A stretch of 63,008 bases of DNA, filler included, from Atractiella rhizophila (Eukaryota), in assembly GCA_021432655.1 (NCBI GenBank). It is 4 parts of 4 records of this genome, joined end to end, with 100 filler letters (N's around TTAATTAATTAA, not from the genome) between each part and the next. Parts side by side here need not be neighbours in the genome. Positions count along the whole stretch, not along the records: positions 1 to 25,683 come from MU271767.1; 3 more parts are not named here. One strand, given 5' to 3'. The notes beneath the pieces were generated by a model. It searched no databases, was not told where the DNA came from, and saw nothing but the letters and a program-made list of their open reading frames with translations. The position numbers and the translations under genes were made by a program. Positions 1-13,969 of the stretch are shown one piece after another (position 1 is the first letter of the stretch; each line of letters starts with the position of its first letter).

Positions 1-99
1 TTCATGATGCTTATGTTGTTCAAAAGCTTAATGTTATTTGAAGACTCCTGCAGGTCGCACGCATGTATGTCGGGAACATCATCCTGAACGCGGGTTATC

Positions 100-1290
100 T
101 TGATAGATCATTTGGGCACCATAGTGAAGAACAAACAAATGCTTCGATGCCAGAGAAGATATGGTACATCCCTATTTTCGCCCTTCGCCGGAAAAGGCCG
201 CGGTACCATGATATAAACGCCTTCACTTGCTGTGGCAAAGGCCCCTAGAGATTTGGTGGTAGAGATTTCAACAAAGAAATACCTAATCCATAATTTCGCG
301 AGGGCATAAAAATGGGCCTAATTCACTTTAGTTCATCTGTGGTGTATGTCCACCTAAACTGTCCCTATTGCCACCTGCGAAGTTCACTTGGTGCTGATAC
401 CCATGCAGTTACTCGAAGCCGCAAGAGCAGGATGGCAAAAAGAATGACGTTCTGATCAATAATCTGACAACAGACCAGTATAAATGGGCAGTGAGTTGAC
501 GGTGTTTCTTCTTACATCGTGCTGAAGCTTGCTCCTAGTGCAAATATTGTGCGTTCGAATTTTGAAAGCGATCACTTACCCAAAAAGAATAGGTGGCCAT
601 ACATACTTTACGGAACACCTGAAGAAACTCCACGAAGTAGACTGTCTCTCAAAGCCAGATCGAAATATCGGCGGATAGACTACTAGTAGCAGCCCAGAAA
701 CTCCAACTCCGCACTTCACTTCAAGTTTGTGTTAATAGGAGCATCTCAACCGTGCAGGTGTTTGGTACCAAGGCGGTTCATATAAACTTAGCTATGTTCT
801 TCGTAGACTACAGGTCCCGAGTAAATATTTTTGTCCATATTGTGCTCATGCTCTTTTTGTCAGCAATGTGTTTTACGACTAATATCATGCAATTCCCAAC
901 AGAAGCTCAGATAACACACGTCAAAGTTATCGTATTATGCCGAAGATTTCTGAGATCTAGATTGAACAAACCTTCTTCTCTGTAAACACGTACAGCCTAC
1001 AATTCCTGAAAGAACATTACAGGAGAGTCTTGACAACTCGCAACAGTTTATACAACATCTCAGGCAGTGAACAGTCCCATCCGAGAAATTCATGCCATAA
1101 AGTTCCTCCAAAAGCGCATAAAGTCATACAAGAGCGCCTCCTAGGTGATCAAAGCGGCATACTTCTTCTTGAACAGCAGCACCGGCAAGACTCAGATGCT
1201 TCCCAGAGCTGGAGAGCCAAATCTTTAAATATAATTGTAAAGTCCTCTCTGTTTGCAGTGTCCGCAAGATCTTCAACATCAGGGATATGA
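100..1290 (-). mobile_element. Possible highly degenerate transposase relic (MULE/SWIM-like)
   Basis: Stop-interrupted minus-strand fragments (LALQLWEAS, SWSFWAATSS..ISIWL*ETVYFVE, WTYTTDE, VFLC*NL) loosely recall basidiomycete MULE-like transposases. No intact ORF or terminal repeats seen. Confidence 0.25.
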
Positions 1291-1423
1291 CGGAGTAATG
1301 GTAGGGGGTAGATTATTACTCACGGGACATGGGGATCGAAATGGCCTTCCTGCCACATAAACCTAACGCCAAACTTGAAGCGATTGGAGTTTCCCGTCCA
1401 CAAATTCTCAAAGCAGCACCAAC

Positions 1424-3198
1424 ATGGCTTCTTCCTCGTCAGAATCAGACGCGTCTTTTGTGGCCTCGGACGACGATTTGCCTCAGATGGCTGGCGACAC
1501 GCGACGCTCAAACCGACGCAGAACGCAGACTGTGAGGGCTCAAGAGGCAGATGGTGCCAGTACTGAGAGGAAGAAGAGCAAGAAGGGGAAGGGGAAAGAG
1601 ACATTGCATGTTTGGGAGGAAGAATATCAGAGAAGTTGGGATGTAGTGCAGGAAGATGAGAGTGGGAGCTTACAGACAAGTGTCGACCAGTGGTTGGCTG
1701 GCAATCGACGAAGACGGTGCGAATTTTCTCCTTTCTCTCTACAATTTGGTTGGGTGATGATGTCCTTGTAATGACGTACTCTGTCTTGAAATAAACTAGA
1801 ATTTTACGAGACGCGACCGCAGTTCAGAGAGGCATCATTCGCCATCTCGTCCTTGTCATAGACTTGTCTTTGAGCATGATGGATCGCGACTTGCGACCTA
1901 CCAGACTCGAGTTGTCAATTCAGTACGCCAAGGAATTCATCAATGAATTCTTCGACCAAAATCCCATCTCTCAGCTCGCAATTGTCGGAACTCGAGATGG
2001 GCTGGCGGAAAGACTAAGCCCTCTAAGTGGTCAGCGTCGCGTTTCTTTCATAAACCAGGAGTTTTAGACTAAATTAGGCAACCCAATTGACCATGAAAAG
2101 GGTCTTGCCAACAAACGCAAACTTGATCCATCTGGTGAACCTTCCTTACAGAATGCCTTGGAAATGGCCAAGGGCCTACTCAGGTATGGCATCCGCCTGC
2201 GCCTCTACTCCATAAGACTAATTTCTTTCTAGCCATCTTCCTTCTCATGGCTCGAGAGAAATTGTTGTCATTTTTGGCTCCCTCACTACTTGTGATCCTG
2301 GGAACATACACACAACGATCGAATCTCTCGAAAAGTTGAGGATCCGCGTCTCGATAATTGGACTGGCCGCTGAGTTGCGTATATGTCGAGAAATTAGCGT
2401 CAGAACTCATGGTGCGCTTTGCCTTCTTCATGTGTTGCGCAAGAGAAGCTGAACATGTGGGAACGGAAATAAAGGCTCCTTCGGAGTGGTACTAAACGAG
2501 CAGCACTTCCGGGATCTTCTCATGGAATCGGTGCAACCTCCTCCACTGCCATCTTCTACGATGACCACAACAACACGCTCCTCCCTCCTGTCAGCCCTCA
2601 ATGCACCTCCTACTCCCGCAGCCCCGAAGCCTGCTCCGCCTTCTACAGCAGATTTAATACAGATGGGCTTTCCCCTCCTCGATTTCTGCAAATCGTCATC
2701 GTTTCCTACCTTATGCACCTGCCATTCTAAGCTTCGGTTGAAGGTATTCATCTGCCCTAGATGCAAAGCACAATATTGCGAGATCCCAGTAGATTGCGGG
2801 ATCTGTGGATTGATGATTGTTTCAAGTCCATTGCTCGCCAGAAGCTATAAACATTTGGTACCCGTCCTTAACTTCAAAGAGGTCAACCAGTGCGCATTTA
2901 TTCTAGTCCCACGACCTGTATCTGATCGTCGAACAGTCCAACTTCTCAAGAACAAGCCGATTCCTTCCCTTCTGCATGCCATGCTTGCTCGCTTCCTTTC
3001 TCTGCTCTCAAAATTATCTCAAAGGTTGCTTCGAATGAGGGGGCAAACTCGAATCCAAATACAAAGAGCGGGAGTGGATTAAGTCCGACTGGGAGATATG
3101 AATGTCCGAATTGTCATAATCACTTCTGTCTTGAGTGCGAGCTGATGATTCACGATTCATTGGGGATGTGTGTTGGATGCACAACTGGAGTACGATGA
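1424..3198 (+). CDS. SSL1: TFIIH subunit Ssl1/p44 (vWA + C4 + C-terminal zinc domain), multi-exon
   Basis: WEEEYQRSWDVVQEDESG, RGIIRHLVLVIDLSLSM, DLRPTR, EFFDQNPISQL, GEPSLQNALE, CPRCKAQYCEIPVDCGICGL, YECPNCHNHFCLECELMIHDSLGMCVGC. Confidence 0.95.
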
Positions 3199-3260
3199 TG
3201 GCACCATACTGCATTTGATTTGCTATTCAACAGTTGCTGTTACACGGCGATAGAACTGAA

Positions 3261-4174
3261 TTACAACTCTACAACTTTTGTAGCTTCTTCAGCGATCTTT
3301 TCAGGTTCATTATCGATGGACACGATCGCCACCCCCGCCTCATCATTCGGTTCTTCGAGTGTCGCGAGCTGGGATTTGAGCATTCCCTCCTTCATGAAGT
3401 GGCCCTGTCTCGCCGTCATTCTTTGAAGCAGTAATTCTGGCGAGCCCTTCACTATTTCACACAGCTTCAAAACGGAAGACTTGACATGAGAACAAAGGAA
3501 AACAAACAGTAGACGAATCTAGTCTCCAGTTCTGGCCGGGAAGTACGAAGGTAGGCCCGGTACGACTTTTTCAAAGCTGAGCTCGCGATCACGACTCCTG
3601 GTCGCCCACCACTGTCGCTGTGGACGCGTCCGCCAGACACGGTTGGGTCATGCAGCTCGTTCGCAACTGAACTGGCAGTCGCTTCCACAGCCCGTGAGAG
3701 GATGATATCGAACCAGGGCATTCGATCCTGTACGAAGAAAGCTTGTTAGCTGAACATCATTCCCATACAAATGACCACGCAAAACACTCCAAGACTTGAT
3801 GAAGTCTCAAAAGACATTGCGCCGCTCTTTTGGCGTCACAAACTTCTGACTGCCGCAATGACGTATACGTTTAGGAAAAGCTCACTTCATCTGTCAAAGG
3901 TTCTCCCCTTGTCTGTTTCGCGATGTTGGCAGCGGGATGAAGATCGTCGCCGTCAAGAAAAGGATATCTGAGCTTTGAAGCAAGGAGACGGCCGACAGTA
4001 GACTTTCTATATCAGCCAGTCGCGTCACAACAGATCATGCATGCTATCTCCTTCAACAGAGACGCACCCGCTCCCAGCTGAATTAAATAAGTGTTAGGAT
4101 ATAGAGTAGTAAGACGGAGGAGGAGGCGTACCCGTCCCCATCACAATTATCAAAAGAGCTTTCGGGTCTGACAT
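3261..4174 (-). CDS. Gluconokinase (GntK/IdnK-like)
   Basis: Spliced MSDPKALLIIVMGT|AGSG|KSTVG, FLDGDDLHPAANIAK, GEPLTDE, ASSALKKSYR, RQGHFMKEGMLKSQLATLEEP. Confidence 0.92.
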
Positions 4175-4629
4175 GGTTTGTCTCCTGCGCTCAGAGGGAA
4201 AGGCTCGCTCCGGTCAGCTTTTTAGTGCGCGTTTTGGCAAGTTTTTCAATGGCCGAGCAGAAAGGTTTCCTCAAGTTTCTTCTGACATTCAAATTTATTC
4301 AACCATCAATATCGCCAAGTGGGGGGACTTGGTGGGGAGGTTTATTGTTTGTGAGCAATTGTCTCCCCGAATAGGACTAATCTATCGGGTAGTCATCCCT
4401 GTTCAAACATTTTTTTGTTGTTCCCAACAATTGCCAAGTTGCTAAGTTTCCCGTTTACAGTCATTTGAGCTTTGGGATATCTTAGTTATCACCTACTGCA
4501 ATTTCTGTAGTTCTGGAGTTAACTGTCCTGGAAAGGCTGAAGAGAACTTGTCTGTCTCCTGTAAGCGCCTAAGTTCACGTCCACCCTTCTCACCCATTCT
4601 CCTGCGTAGGTCTAAATAAAATCGTTAGC

Positions 4630-5968
4630 ATGTCGATGGTTTTTAATGCTGCCGTTTTTGCTGGAGGGATAGCGGTAGGAGCAGCGAGTACAGTCTTGTT
4701 TTCGACGAGGAGAGAGAAGGAAATTGCTCCTCCAGCCCCTCCTCCAGTGCCTTCTCCGACGGTAGCTCCATTACCTAGCAGGGCCTCCCTTGCGCAAACT
4801 AGCGCGTTTGATGCTCTCACTACTTTTGGCGGTAATCCAGGTACTTTTCTCATTGACTTGGAGGGTGGCACTTCTCCAACTGCTTCGTCTAGGGCCGTTC
4901 CACGATCTCTTTGTCCGTCAAGCTTACATTACCTCCTACGACCGAGTACATCGACATCCAGCTTGGACGGCCGAGCATTTGACAGCTTCCTCGCTTCTCA
5001 GGACACCTGCCGTCTCCTCACCGGAGAATGTCTCTTCTTCCAGCGCCGCTGGAGACTTAATCGTTGGTACTGGTACACAACGTGCTGGAAGCCGTGAATC
5101 TAGTTTTTTTCGAGAGGATCCAGCTGTACCTGAGTTGTTCAGGGCAAAGTTGGCAGATTATGCCAAAAGTGGATATGATAGAGGACATATGGTACGCTCT
5201 CTGTCTTCGTTCTTTCAGGTCTTAAAAATTTTCTGATTTTCTGTGAGGTGTTTAGGTGCCTGCTGCAGACGCGAAACGCTCACAATCAGCAATGGACGAA
5301 ACATTTCTTCTCACCAACATCGCTCCTCAAGTCGGGGATGGGTTCAATCGCCACTACTGGGCTTGGGTGGAAGATTTCTGTCGTCGCCTGACGGGCAAGT
5401 TCTCGGACGTCTACGTCTTCACCATCCCTCTCTATCTCCCGCGCCGGGATCCAGACGGAAAGTTTCGGGTGACATACGAGGTGATAGCGAATTCGTCTAC
5501 CATGCCTCCCACGCCAAATGTCAGTGTACCGACCCACTTTGCGAAAGTCATTCTAGCAAATACTCCCTCAGTTGCTGGGGGAAAGGGGGGCGTTGCTCAA
5601 GTTGGACTCGGGTTAGCCAGCATTGGAGCTTTCGTGTTGCCAAACCAGCCTATTCCGGACCAGACACCGTTGAGAGCGTTTGAGGTGCCAGGTTCGTGTT
5701 TTTGCAGTCTCAATATTCCAGTTGATTAATCGTGAGAACGGATGACTAGTTGAAGCCGTAGAGAAAGCATCTGGTGTGCAGTTACCTTCTTCTGCTCGAT
5801 AACCCCTAACCATTGTCTTGGGACGCAGGCTTGACTTTGTTTTCGCCCCAAGTGAAAGCCCAAGCGAAAAAGCTTTGCGACACCACAGAATGCAACGTCG
5901 TTGTGCGACACTTCGACGATGCTGCTAAAAAGAACGATAGAAAGTCATTACCTCCGCCTTCACCATGA
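4630..5968 (+). CDS. NUC1: Mitochondrial DNA/RNA non-specific endonuclease (EndoG/Nuc1)
   Basis: YDRVHRHPAWTAEHLT, SGYDRGHM|VPAADAK, ETFLLTNIAPQVGDGFNRHYWA, VSVPTHFAKVIL. Confidence 0.95.
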
Positions 5969-6267
5969 GAGTTAGGGATGGACTATTTGCAGGATGTGAT
6001 TGTGGTAACACTGACATATCGTTTACTCGTTAATCTAACATTATTCTCACATATCCTTCACTTAACCGGAGCTCATATAATGTCTGAAGTCACCAAAGGT
6101 GTATCAACATTCATCCGCCAAATCACGTGCTTGTTTGTAATGCGCAAAGCAGCGCGAGGTTGTCATCCCTTGCGACCACCTTGCGCACCAGGAGTGTGGT
6201 ATTTCTTGACGCGACGCGACTCCCTGGTCCAAAATTCGATCAGAACCTGTGCTCTATTAGTTCACCA

Positions 6268-9200
6268 ATGTCTGACCTACACGGCACAGAGAGAAAACCG
6301 CGTGGAATAGAGGGGTTGGATGAAAGTGTGATATTGCCTGATAATTTGAGAAAGAGGAAAAGGGCGACGACGGAGAGCTCTGATGTGCGCTGTTCCTTGC
6401 TTCTTCAATTGTAAAGAATGGGATGGGACGTACATTCTCTGTAGGTGCCTAAAGAACCTGGGCAAGAAAACGCACTGGAGAACGAAGATCTGGCGACAGT
6501 GAACCAGTCTGCAATCGACTTTATTGACAGCGTTACATCGCTCATGGACGTGTCAGTGCTATGAAGCCTCAATGAGGAGTTCGAGCTGAAGAATGGATAG
6601 TGACGATGACGGGATTGAGAGATACACCGCAGACGTGTTTCTAAACCTCCCATCGAAGAGTACGCTATCTGTTGCGCTGCAGTTAGCAAGTTGACTAGAC
6701 ATGGTTGTGGGATAGAGGACTATGCCGATTACTATGAGACTATCAAAAAACCGATATCTTTCAACGAGATTACGGCATGTTATTTTCCAAATCCTAGAAT
6801 GTTATCCTCACGCTTGAGCAGAAAAAAGCAAATGCTAACAAGTATGGTTCGACCCAAGAAGTAAAAGGCGATTTCGATCTTGTATTCAACAAGCATGCCT
6901 TTCTCTGCCCCTCCCCCTGCTCTCTAATACCGAATTCTCCAGTGCGAAACGTTATAACCAGAGCGGATCAAGCGTTCATCGTTTCGCCAGCCGGCTTCAT
7001 GTATGTTCTGCTTCTTCTGTGGTACGAAGGACTGTGAGCTTAGGAGCTGTAGAAACTGGCGCGAAATTTTCCGGCCTTCGCAGCCAGGGGAAGCTCGCAA
7101 CCCTCAACGAAAGACCCAAAGAAGGAAATCAAGCTTATAGCACATAAAGTCGTAAATCATCTGAAGACGCTGACCGCCGAGTATTCACTCTTGCATCTTC
7201 CCAAAGCTAGCTGCTCACAGATTGCTTGGTAGTGATATGGTTGAAGACCAGCCTCGTCTTATTTACGACGTCTTTTTCACACTTCCTGACCGCAAGGAGT
7301 ATCCTGATTACTATCAAATAATTAAACGACCCACGAGCATCGAATCCATTCTTGTTCGTCCTCCGACTGTCTATGGTCTTTTGCTAAACCGCTAAACTTA
7401 CCTAGGCGAGAGCGAATAAAGGAGAAATATCCTCCGTTGAGCAATTACATGCTGAATTTGAACTGATATGGAAGAAGTAAGGAGCTCGTTGATGCAAACA
7501 GATGATGGCCACGTTAGGCTTAATTTAGATCGATAGTGCACAAACTTACAACGCAGATGAGTCAATTATCTTCCAGGACTCTCTTAAACTTCAGGTAAGC
7601 TTTATGACCTCAGCTCGGAGCATTCTCATTGTAATTTCTAGCAAGCAACCTCTTCCTTCATCTCAACCTTGACTGGAGCGGAACTTACAACCATGCCGAA
7701 GGTTGAGGAGGATGATGACGACGACGATGTTTACGAATCTGAAGATAACGAGGAAGGGAAGTCGAGGAAGCGAAAAAGAACTAAAGCTGAACCAGGGGAG
7801 AAGAGACTGGTATTCAAGACCTGGTTAACACAGAAGACACAAGAACTAGTGGGCTATAAGGACGAAAGGTACGCCTTTTCTAAGCCTTCACCACAAAAAC
7901 GGATGACTTTCTCTTAGTGGGAGAGAATATTCTGAAAATTTCATGGATTTACCAAACGAGAAAGAGTATCCAGAGTATTATAAAGTCATCCGAAAGCCCG
8001 TTTGCTTCTCCGGCATCTTCGTCTGTCATCATCATGAACCTATGTCCTCCATTCTGATTGGTTTTGACACAGGAGCGAATTGAAAAGCGACATTACCACA
8101 TTCCTGAAAACTGGTACAGAGATGTGGAAATTATGATTGCCAACGCTCTTAGCTACAATGAAGATGAGTCAAGGATTTGGAGGGATGCAAAAATGCTCCA
8201 AGTACGCCTATCCCACAGTCCTTGTATTGGAGTTGAATGCGATACAGAACAAGTTCAACGAAATCAAAGCAGGCGGTTACCCACCATTCCCTTTCTTGGC
8301 CAAACGAGCCGAGAGAATGGCACTGAAAGAAAAAGAAGCGCAGGAAAAAGCGAGACTAGAACAGGAAGCGCAGGAGAAAGCTAGGCAGGAGCACGAGCAG
8401 CGCCTTCTCGCAGAAGCTGCTCTTCAACGACCCGTCTCGCCTGCTTCACCTAGTCCAGGCATCCCTTCCCAAGCACTTACACCATCCTTCACCCCAGACT
8501 ATTCTAAACCCTCGACCCCAAGCGCAATGGATGTCGTCAGCGACGAGGTTTCACGACCTGACGAAGTCACTGGTTCGGTTATTCCAGCCCATTCGCAGGT
8601 CAATTCTCGTTCCTCCTCTCAGAATGTGGGAAACCTACAACGACATGTTCCCCAACCACTTCAATCTGCAGCGCAGAGCCACCAGTATCAAGCGCCTCGG
8701 CAGCAACAGCCAATGCCAATGACAAATCAGCAGATGATTCAAAACTACTTGAATGGCGCCGAGCGACCGCCAGGCACCAACACCGCCAGGCCAGCACGTT
8801 CACAACACGGTGGACTTCTTCAGCAACCGCAGACTCCTCAGCAACACGGTGGTTTGTACGCGAGAGGTTCCAATGTCGGTTACCCAGCGGCAAAACAAGT
8901 TCTTCCAAACCCAACCTCTGCTCCGCTAACCCCAATAAGGAGGAACTTCGTCAAGCTTCCTACCGAAATGGAACCATCATGTATGCATTTCTCCCCTCTT
9001 CTTCACAGCTGATGAATGTAGTAGTAATCGAAGAGTTCCATGTGGTGACTGATGCACTCACACCTGCTATTGTGCTCGAAAACGCAAAAGTTCGGCAGCA
9101 TTCCTTGGTCTTCCCGTCCAGCGTCCAAGTTGTCAACATTTACGCCATTCCAAGGACACATTTCCCAGCTCACGACCGGCCATCAGAGCATACACGTTCT

Positions 9201-9443
9201 GCTCAACGAGCCGCTGAGAAACCGCACACTCAAACGCCAGAAGTCCAAGTTTCAATTGCCTCACGTCCAATTGTGCATACGACGGCGACCGAACCGGAGA
9301 ATGAGTGGAAGCAGAAAGGAGTTTCTCGCAAGTTCATCATCTCACCGAGGACGGGATTGACCGTGCTGGAATTCAGAGCTCAGAAAGTTGGCAGCAAAGC
9401 CGAGCCTGAGCTGTTGAGACTTTATTTTACGAAAACAAGATAA
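6268..9443 (+). CDS. Triple-bromodomain chromatin protein (RSC/polybromo-like) with Q/P-rich C-terminal region
   Basis: Three spliced bromodomain units: [25 protein letters not shown]...[50 protein letters not shown]...[17 protein letters not shown]. Confidence 0.85.
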
Positions 9444-9506
9444 TTATGTACTCTGTCCATATTTTGGAGTAAATTAGTGTAATACAATGCATTCCTGTGG
9501 TGTCCC

Positions 9507-11843
9507 CTAACTGGCATCTCTGCCTGTGTACAATACGTCTTCAAGGGTTCGTGAGAAGTCTGAAACAGACGGAGAGCGACCTCGAGTGGGGTCACAATCC
9601 GGCGGCAGTTGCAGCTCGTCTTCTTGAACCTGTGAAGGAGAACTTTCTATGACAGTTGCAAACTGGTCTTCTACTTCTTTGGCCTAACTCCCAATAAGAC
9701 AAACCTCTTCGCGACTTTGTCCTTACCATGACACGCAGAGTGCACGCTTCCTGTAGCTGTTGCGCAGGTTCAGCAATATGTCGACCTCGGTACGCAAGGT
9801 GCTTCATTATACGCAGGAGCCTATCATAAAAACGCGGTCAGTACCAGGTGAAAACGCAAGGGAAATGTCAACCTCATGATGATGCCTTCACTCTCAGGAT
9901 ATCGATCCATAAAGCCACTAAGATAGCCCCAGCCGCCAGGAAGTTCGTTAAACGGTCGAAGGTTGAAGTGGAACTCGCCAGCAAAGCGGATTAAAACGAT
10001 GGGCTCTGTGTACCCTTCCCTCGTCCATCTGTCCAATGTCATTGAAGCCATGGTGAGAATAAGATGGATTTGAGCGTCGCATTGTTCATTCATTGACTTT
10101 GCAAGGTCGAGGAGCAATTTGCTATCGGGGAAGCGGCCTATAGAGTCGCTCACTAATTGTGCAACCAGAACGACATGACGCGAATTCAGTGCACGAAACA
10201 CACGGGCCACGCCAATGCTCCATGAAGCAGCGCTTCTGTCTGCCCACTCATGGTCAAATCGGAGCACTGAGTGGAGGTGCGAGCATCTTTTCTCCAATTC
10301 CTTCCGTGTCAGTTCATTGAATGCTACACCTACAATGTAACGTCAACGAGATCAAGTAGTGGTTGCTCACTAGCGTACGAATTTGGGCAATGACTCGCCG
10401 AACAGACATTAAATGCGCATAGAAGAAGTCGTCCATCATTTCCAGATCCATGATAGAAAGTGCGCGCTCAATAAAAACATCCGGGTTAATGAAAAAATCA
10501 GGAGACCATCTCTTAGACCGGGCAAACTTTCGCGCGTCTGCATCCGATCTATCCACTCCATTAGAATGCACATGAAAGTCGCGGCGCATTCACATTAAGA
10601 GTGGTTCTCCCAATTCCAGACTGTGCCTCACATCCACGCCCTATGGAAGGTTAGGCAAGCTGTGGTGAAAAGAAAGTGGCTTACATACAAATTACTGAAA
10701 TACGCATCAATTATACGAGTTCTCTCAGAGTCCGACGCTTTCTCGAAAAGTTTTGTGTAAGCTTGCCAACCTATCTGCAGTAATAACCGTCCAAGGCGAA
10801 TGGCTGGAAGGTCGTTGAATGAATTGAGAAGCACCAACAATAAGATCATTGCATCGTCTGTCGGTTCTGACAGTGGCGAGTCATGAACCGTTGCTATGGA
10901 GTAGAGATTGAAAAGCAATGTTCGGTGGGCATGGAACCGAGCCATGCCTTGTTGTGAGTAATCATAAAGTTCGTCGGACACGGATTGGCTTGGAATCGAT
11001 AGCAGAGCAGCTTTCCCAATAATTGCCTGATGATCGAAGCATGAGCCTCAGTGAGACAAGCCTGTGGACTCTTACAGAATGAAAAGAGATCTGAGCGGCA
11101 GTCGCAGCCACAAATGACATCCAGATCTTGATGAATGTTACATTAGCGCGACTCGGGAAGCGGCAGTGCAGAAAGGTTACATCGACAAATTTCCCTAGTG
11201 GTGCACGGTCAAGTTTCAGTTGCGCATAGGAAGTCCAAGTTTTAGGCACTATAGTCCTCGTATCAGGATGGGCATACTTCAAAGCTTCAGGTAGATCGGT
11301 CGAGGCAACTGGGGTCGCGAATCAGTACCTTTATGGTGCGTGAGAAGAACCACACGTCGCAGAAGGTGGTCGCCCAGCTGGAGCTGCAGATGGAAGCTTC
11401 CGATTCTTATGGCCAATTGAGCCAACTCATTTAAGAGTTACCAACATCAAACGACTTACCTCTGGCTCGTGCAAGAGCTCGCTATGTTGACTCGTTGCAG
11501 ATAACTCGATAAGGCTACAGACTGCTCCTTGTGAGGATCCAGACGAGAAATCTTGGAAGTTTGTTTCTGGGCATCATCTCTGCGCATAGAAGGAGCTTCA
11601 ATGATTGTTTGAAGAGACGAAAAACTAGCTTACGCATGAACCCGCTTTCGCTTCCTTGAGAGGAGTTGAGCGTTGAACTTGAAGGTGCAACTGTAGTCCA
11701 TCTTTAGAAGGAAATTATAACACACGGAGAGTCACGGACGATAGCTGAAGTAATTTACACCTCTCACACGGTACACGGGACCCTGAATGTGCTGGGATAC
11801 ATTCAACATCCAGCTTGCGGCATTCTTCACAACGACTCGACAT
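9507..11843 (-). CDS. Divergent Zn2Cys6 (GAL4-like) domain protein, multi-exon
   Basis: Spliced N-terminus MSSRCEECRKLDVECIPAHSGSRVPCERCKLLQLS|CTFKF..RKRKR followed by a chain of minus-strand ORF exons (10962-11282, 10628-10981, 10314-10589, 9824-10297). Last exon ends DVLYTGRDAS*. Confidence 0.65.
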
Positions 11844-12709
11844 TGTATTGGTCTTTCCCTATCGTCCACTGTTAAGATACCGGCGAACTTTTTTTCGTCG
11901 TCCTATCCTTCCTGCGACAGCATTAGCTCAGTACAAAGGTCTGCAACGCAGAGGCGATTTCTTGGAGATTGTGACATGGTCAGCTCACAACACTTGCAAT
12001 CTCTCGTAGACACTCTATACGTCCAATCGTCTACTATTAGATAGCTATCCACGACTCAAACAAAAATCCCCAAGCTCCAATAAATGGTATGTGCGACCTG
12101 CCTTACTAGATGGGGATGTGTGTCTCCTTCTGAGAATATGAGGTCCATTTTACTGTACATTCGCCCCAAGCCATTTAGCGGAGTTGCGCGTTGAACAGAA
12201 TAGGGAGAGTAATGCACTCCGTTCAAACTCTTGCACAAGTCTTGAGGTGGATGTGATCTCGGAAGCCTTTCTGAAGCGAGTCACCGCGTCGAAGAATTAT
12301 GACGAGGTCAAGATTGCCCTGGGACGGACGTGAAGGGAAATCTTTGGCCTTGTTCAGTCCGCAGATTTCTTTCAGAGAAGCATGGAGCATCTCTTCTTCA
12401 AACTTGGACTTGGAAAGGATCACCAATGCACTTTGAAAGGCAACAATGCATGGGCTTTTGCATGCTCGCAGACATTAACTAACATCTGCGGACGTTGCTC
12501 TGCTTTCTTGTCGTCATTTGTCGCGAGTTCACTCATCCATTCAGCTCTCCACTTCTTTCGAGATGTTCGACTTCATAGCTTCATGGATGCCGTCAACAAG
12601 CCTGATTCAGTGGAGCTTGCAGTACGTGACACGGCTCAGAAGCAGCCAAACTCGCATGCAGAGTCCCCAGAAGCTCTTGAACCAAGAACAGCTCACCTTG
12701 CTATTGTGC

Positions 12710-12745
12710 AAGCTGAATCAGTGGGCGAAGCTGAATCAGTGGGCG
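12710..12745. repeat. Perfect 18-bp tandem duplication (AAGCTGAATCAGTGGGCG x2)
   Basis: Direct reading. Confidence 0.9.
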
Positions 12746-13107
12746 TTGTTGTCCTTCCCGTCCCGTTTTGAGCCAGATTATGATCTCAACTCGACGGTCG
12801 ATTATAAGCCACGCTCTCCGCTCTCTGATATCGGTTTGGTGCTTGGTTGGGTTATCAATGGAGTAATGCTGGTTTCCAGGCGTTCATCCCGTGCGTTCGT
12901 GGTCGACATCCATTCGAATATTCGAATGATAATGAGTTGAGTTGCCCAGCGCAGCAAAAACGCGACCAAACACTTTGCCTTCTCAATCATTCCACCAAAC
13001 CACCAAGACCAACTTCACCTCCTCCAGCTACCCTTGCCAGCCCCTCTCTTGACTTCTGCACCCGTCCAACTAGCTGTATTTGAGTCCAACGCGTAGAATT
13101 TGCCACC

Positions 13108-13932
13108 ATGATCAAGGTCAGTCCGTTCGCACCAACGCTGGAGTCATGAGCTGATGTCGGTGGCCACAGATCTGGTCCATGAAAAAGACAGAGGAACAGG
13201 CTTCGAAGAAGAAGCCCAAGACCTCCGCCGCTCAATTGAGGGTCCAGAAAGGCGCGCTGATCCGGTCGTGCTTGGGTGGCGACATGCTGAAAGGGGAACA
13301 CAGATGTCACGGAGCTTGATTTACCTTCAACGATGGAGACGAATTGGCCAGATGCAGACGACCTCTTAAATTTCACGCTCACTATCAAGCCTGACGAAGG
13401 TCTGTCCTTTCCATCAGCTTCACGTACATGCGGGTGTCTGACAGGTTAATCGTGGATAGGCATGTATAAGGGTGGATCGTTCCTCTTCAACTTCGCTATC
13501 AATTCAAACTACCCCCACGATCCCCCCAAGGTCAAATGCGTACCCAAAGCATGTCTTTCCTCGACTTTCCAATGTTCACAGTGGCTAACTGTCACCTCAG
13601 ATTTACCATCCGAACGTCGACCTGGAAGGCAACGTCTGCCTCAACATTCTCCGGGAAGATTGGAAGCCGGTGCTCAATTTGAACAGCGTGATGGTCGGAT
13701 TGCAATACCTTTTCCTGGAGCCAAACGCTGACGATCCTTTGAACAAAGGTTCGTTTCTCTCATTTCTTCATTCTAGATAACACGAAGGAGAGACTAACCC
13801 GTGGTCGTGTGACCGAATGTAGAAGCGGCCAACGACCTTCGACGCGACAGGCAGACGTTCTCTATGAACGTGAAGAATTCATTGAGGGGAGGGAGCGTGA
13901 ACGGGATCGCGTACGATCGCGTCCTTGGCTGA
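13108..13932 (+). CDS. UBC12: NEDD8-conjugating enzyme Ubc12
   Basis: MIK|IWSMKK...[66 protein letters not shown]. Confidence 0.96.
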
Positions 13933-13969
13933 ACCCGTTTCTTCAGCTTTTGATCTTTTTCCTGTTCAG

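Noticed and set aside
12056..12990. Several 60-140 aa ORFs between the Zn2Cys6 gene and UBC12
   Set aside because: No coherent splice model or recognisable domain.
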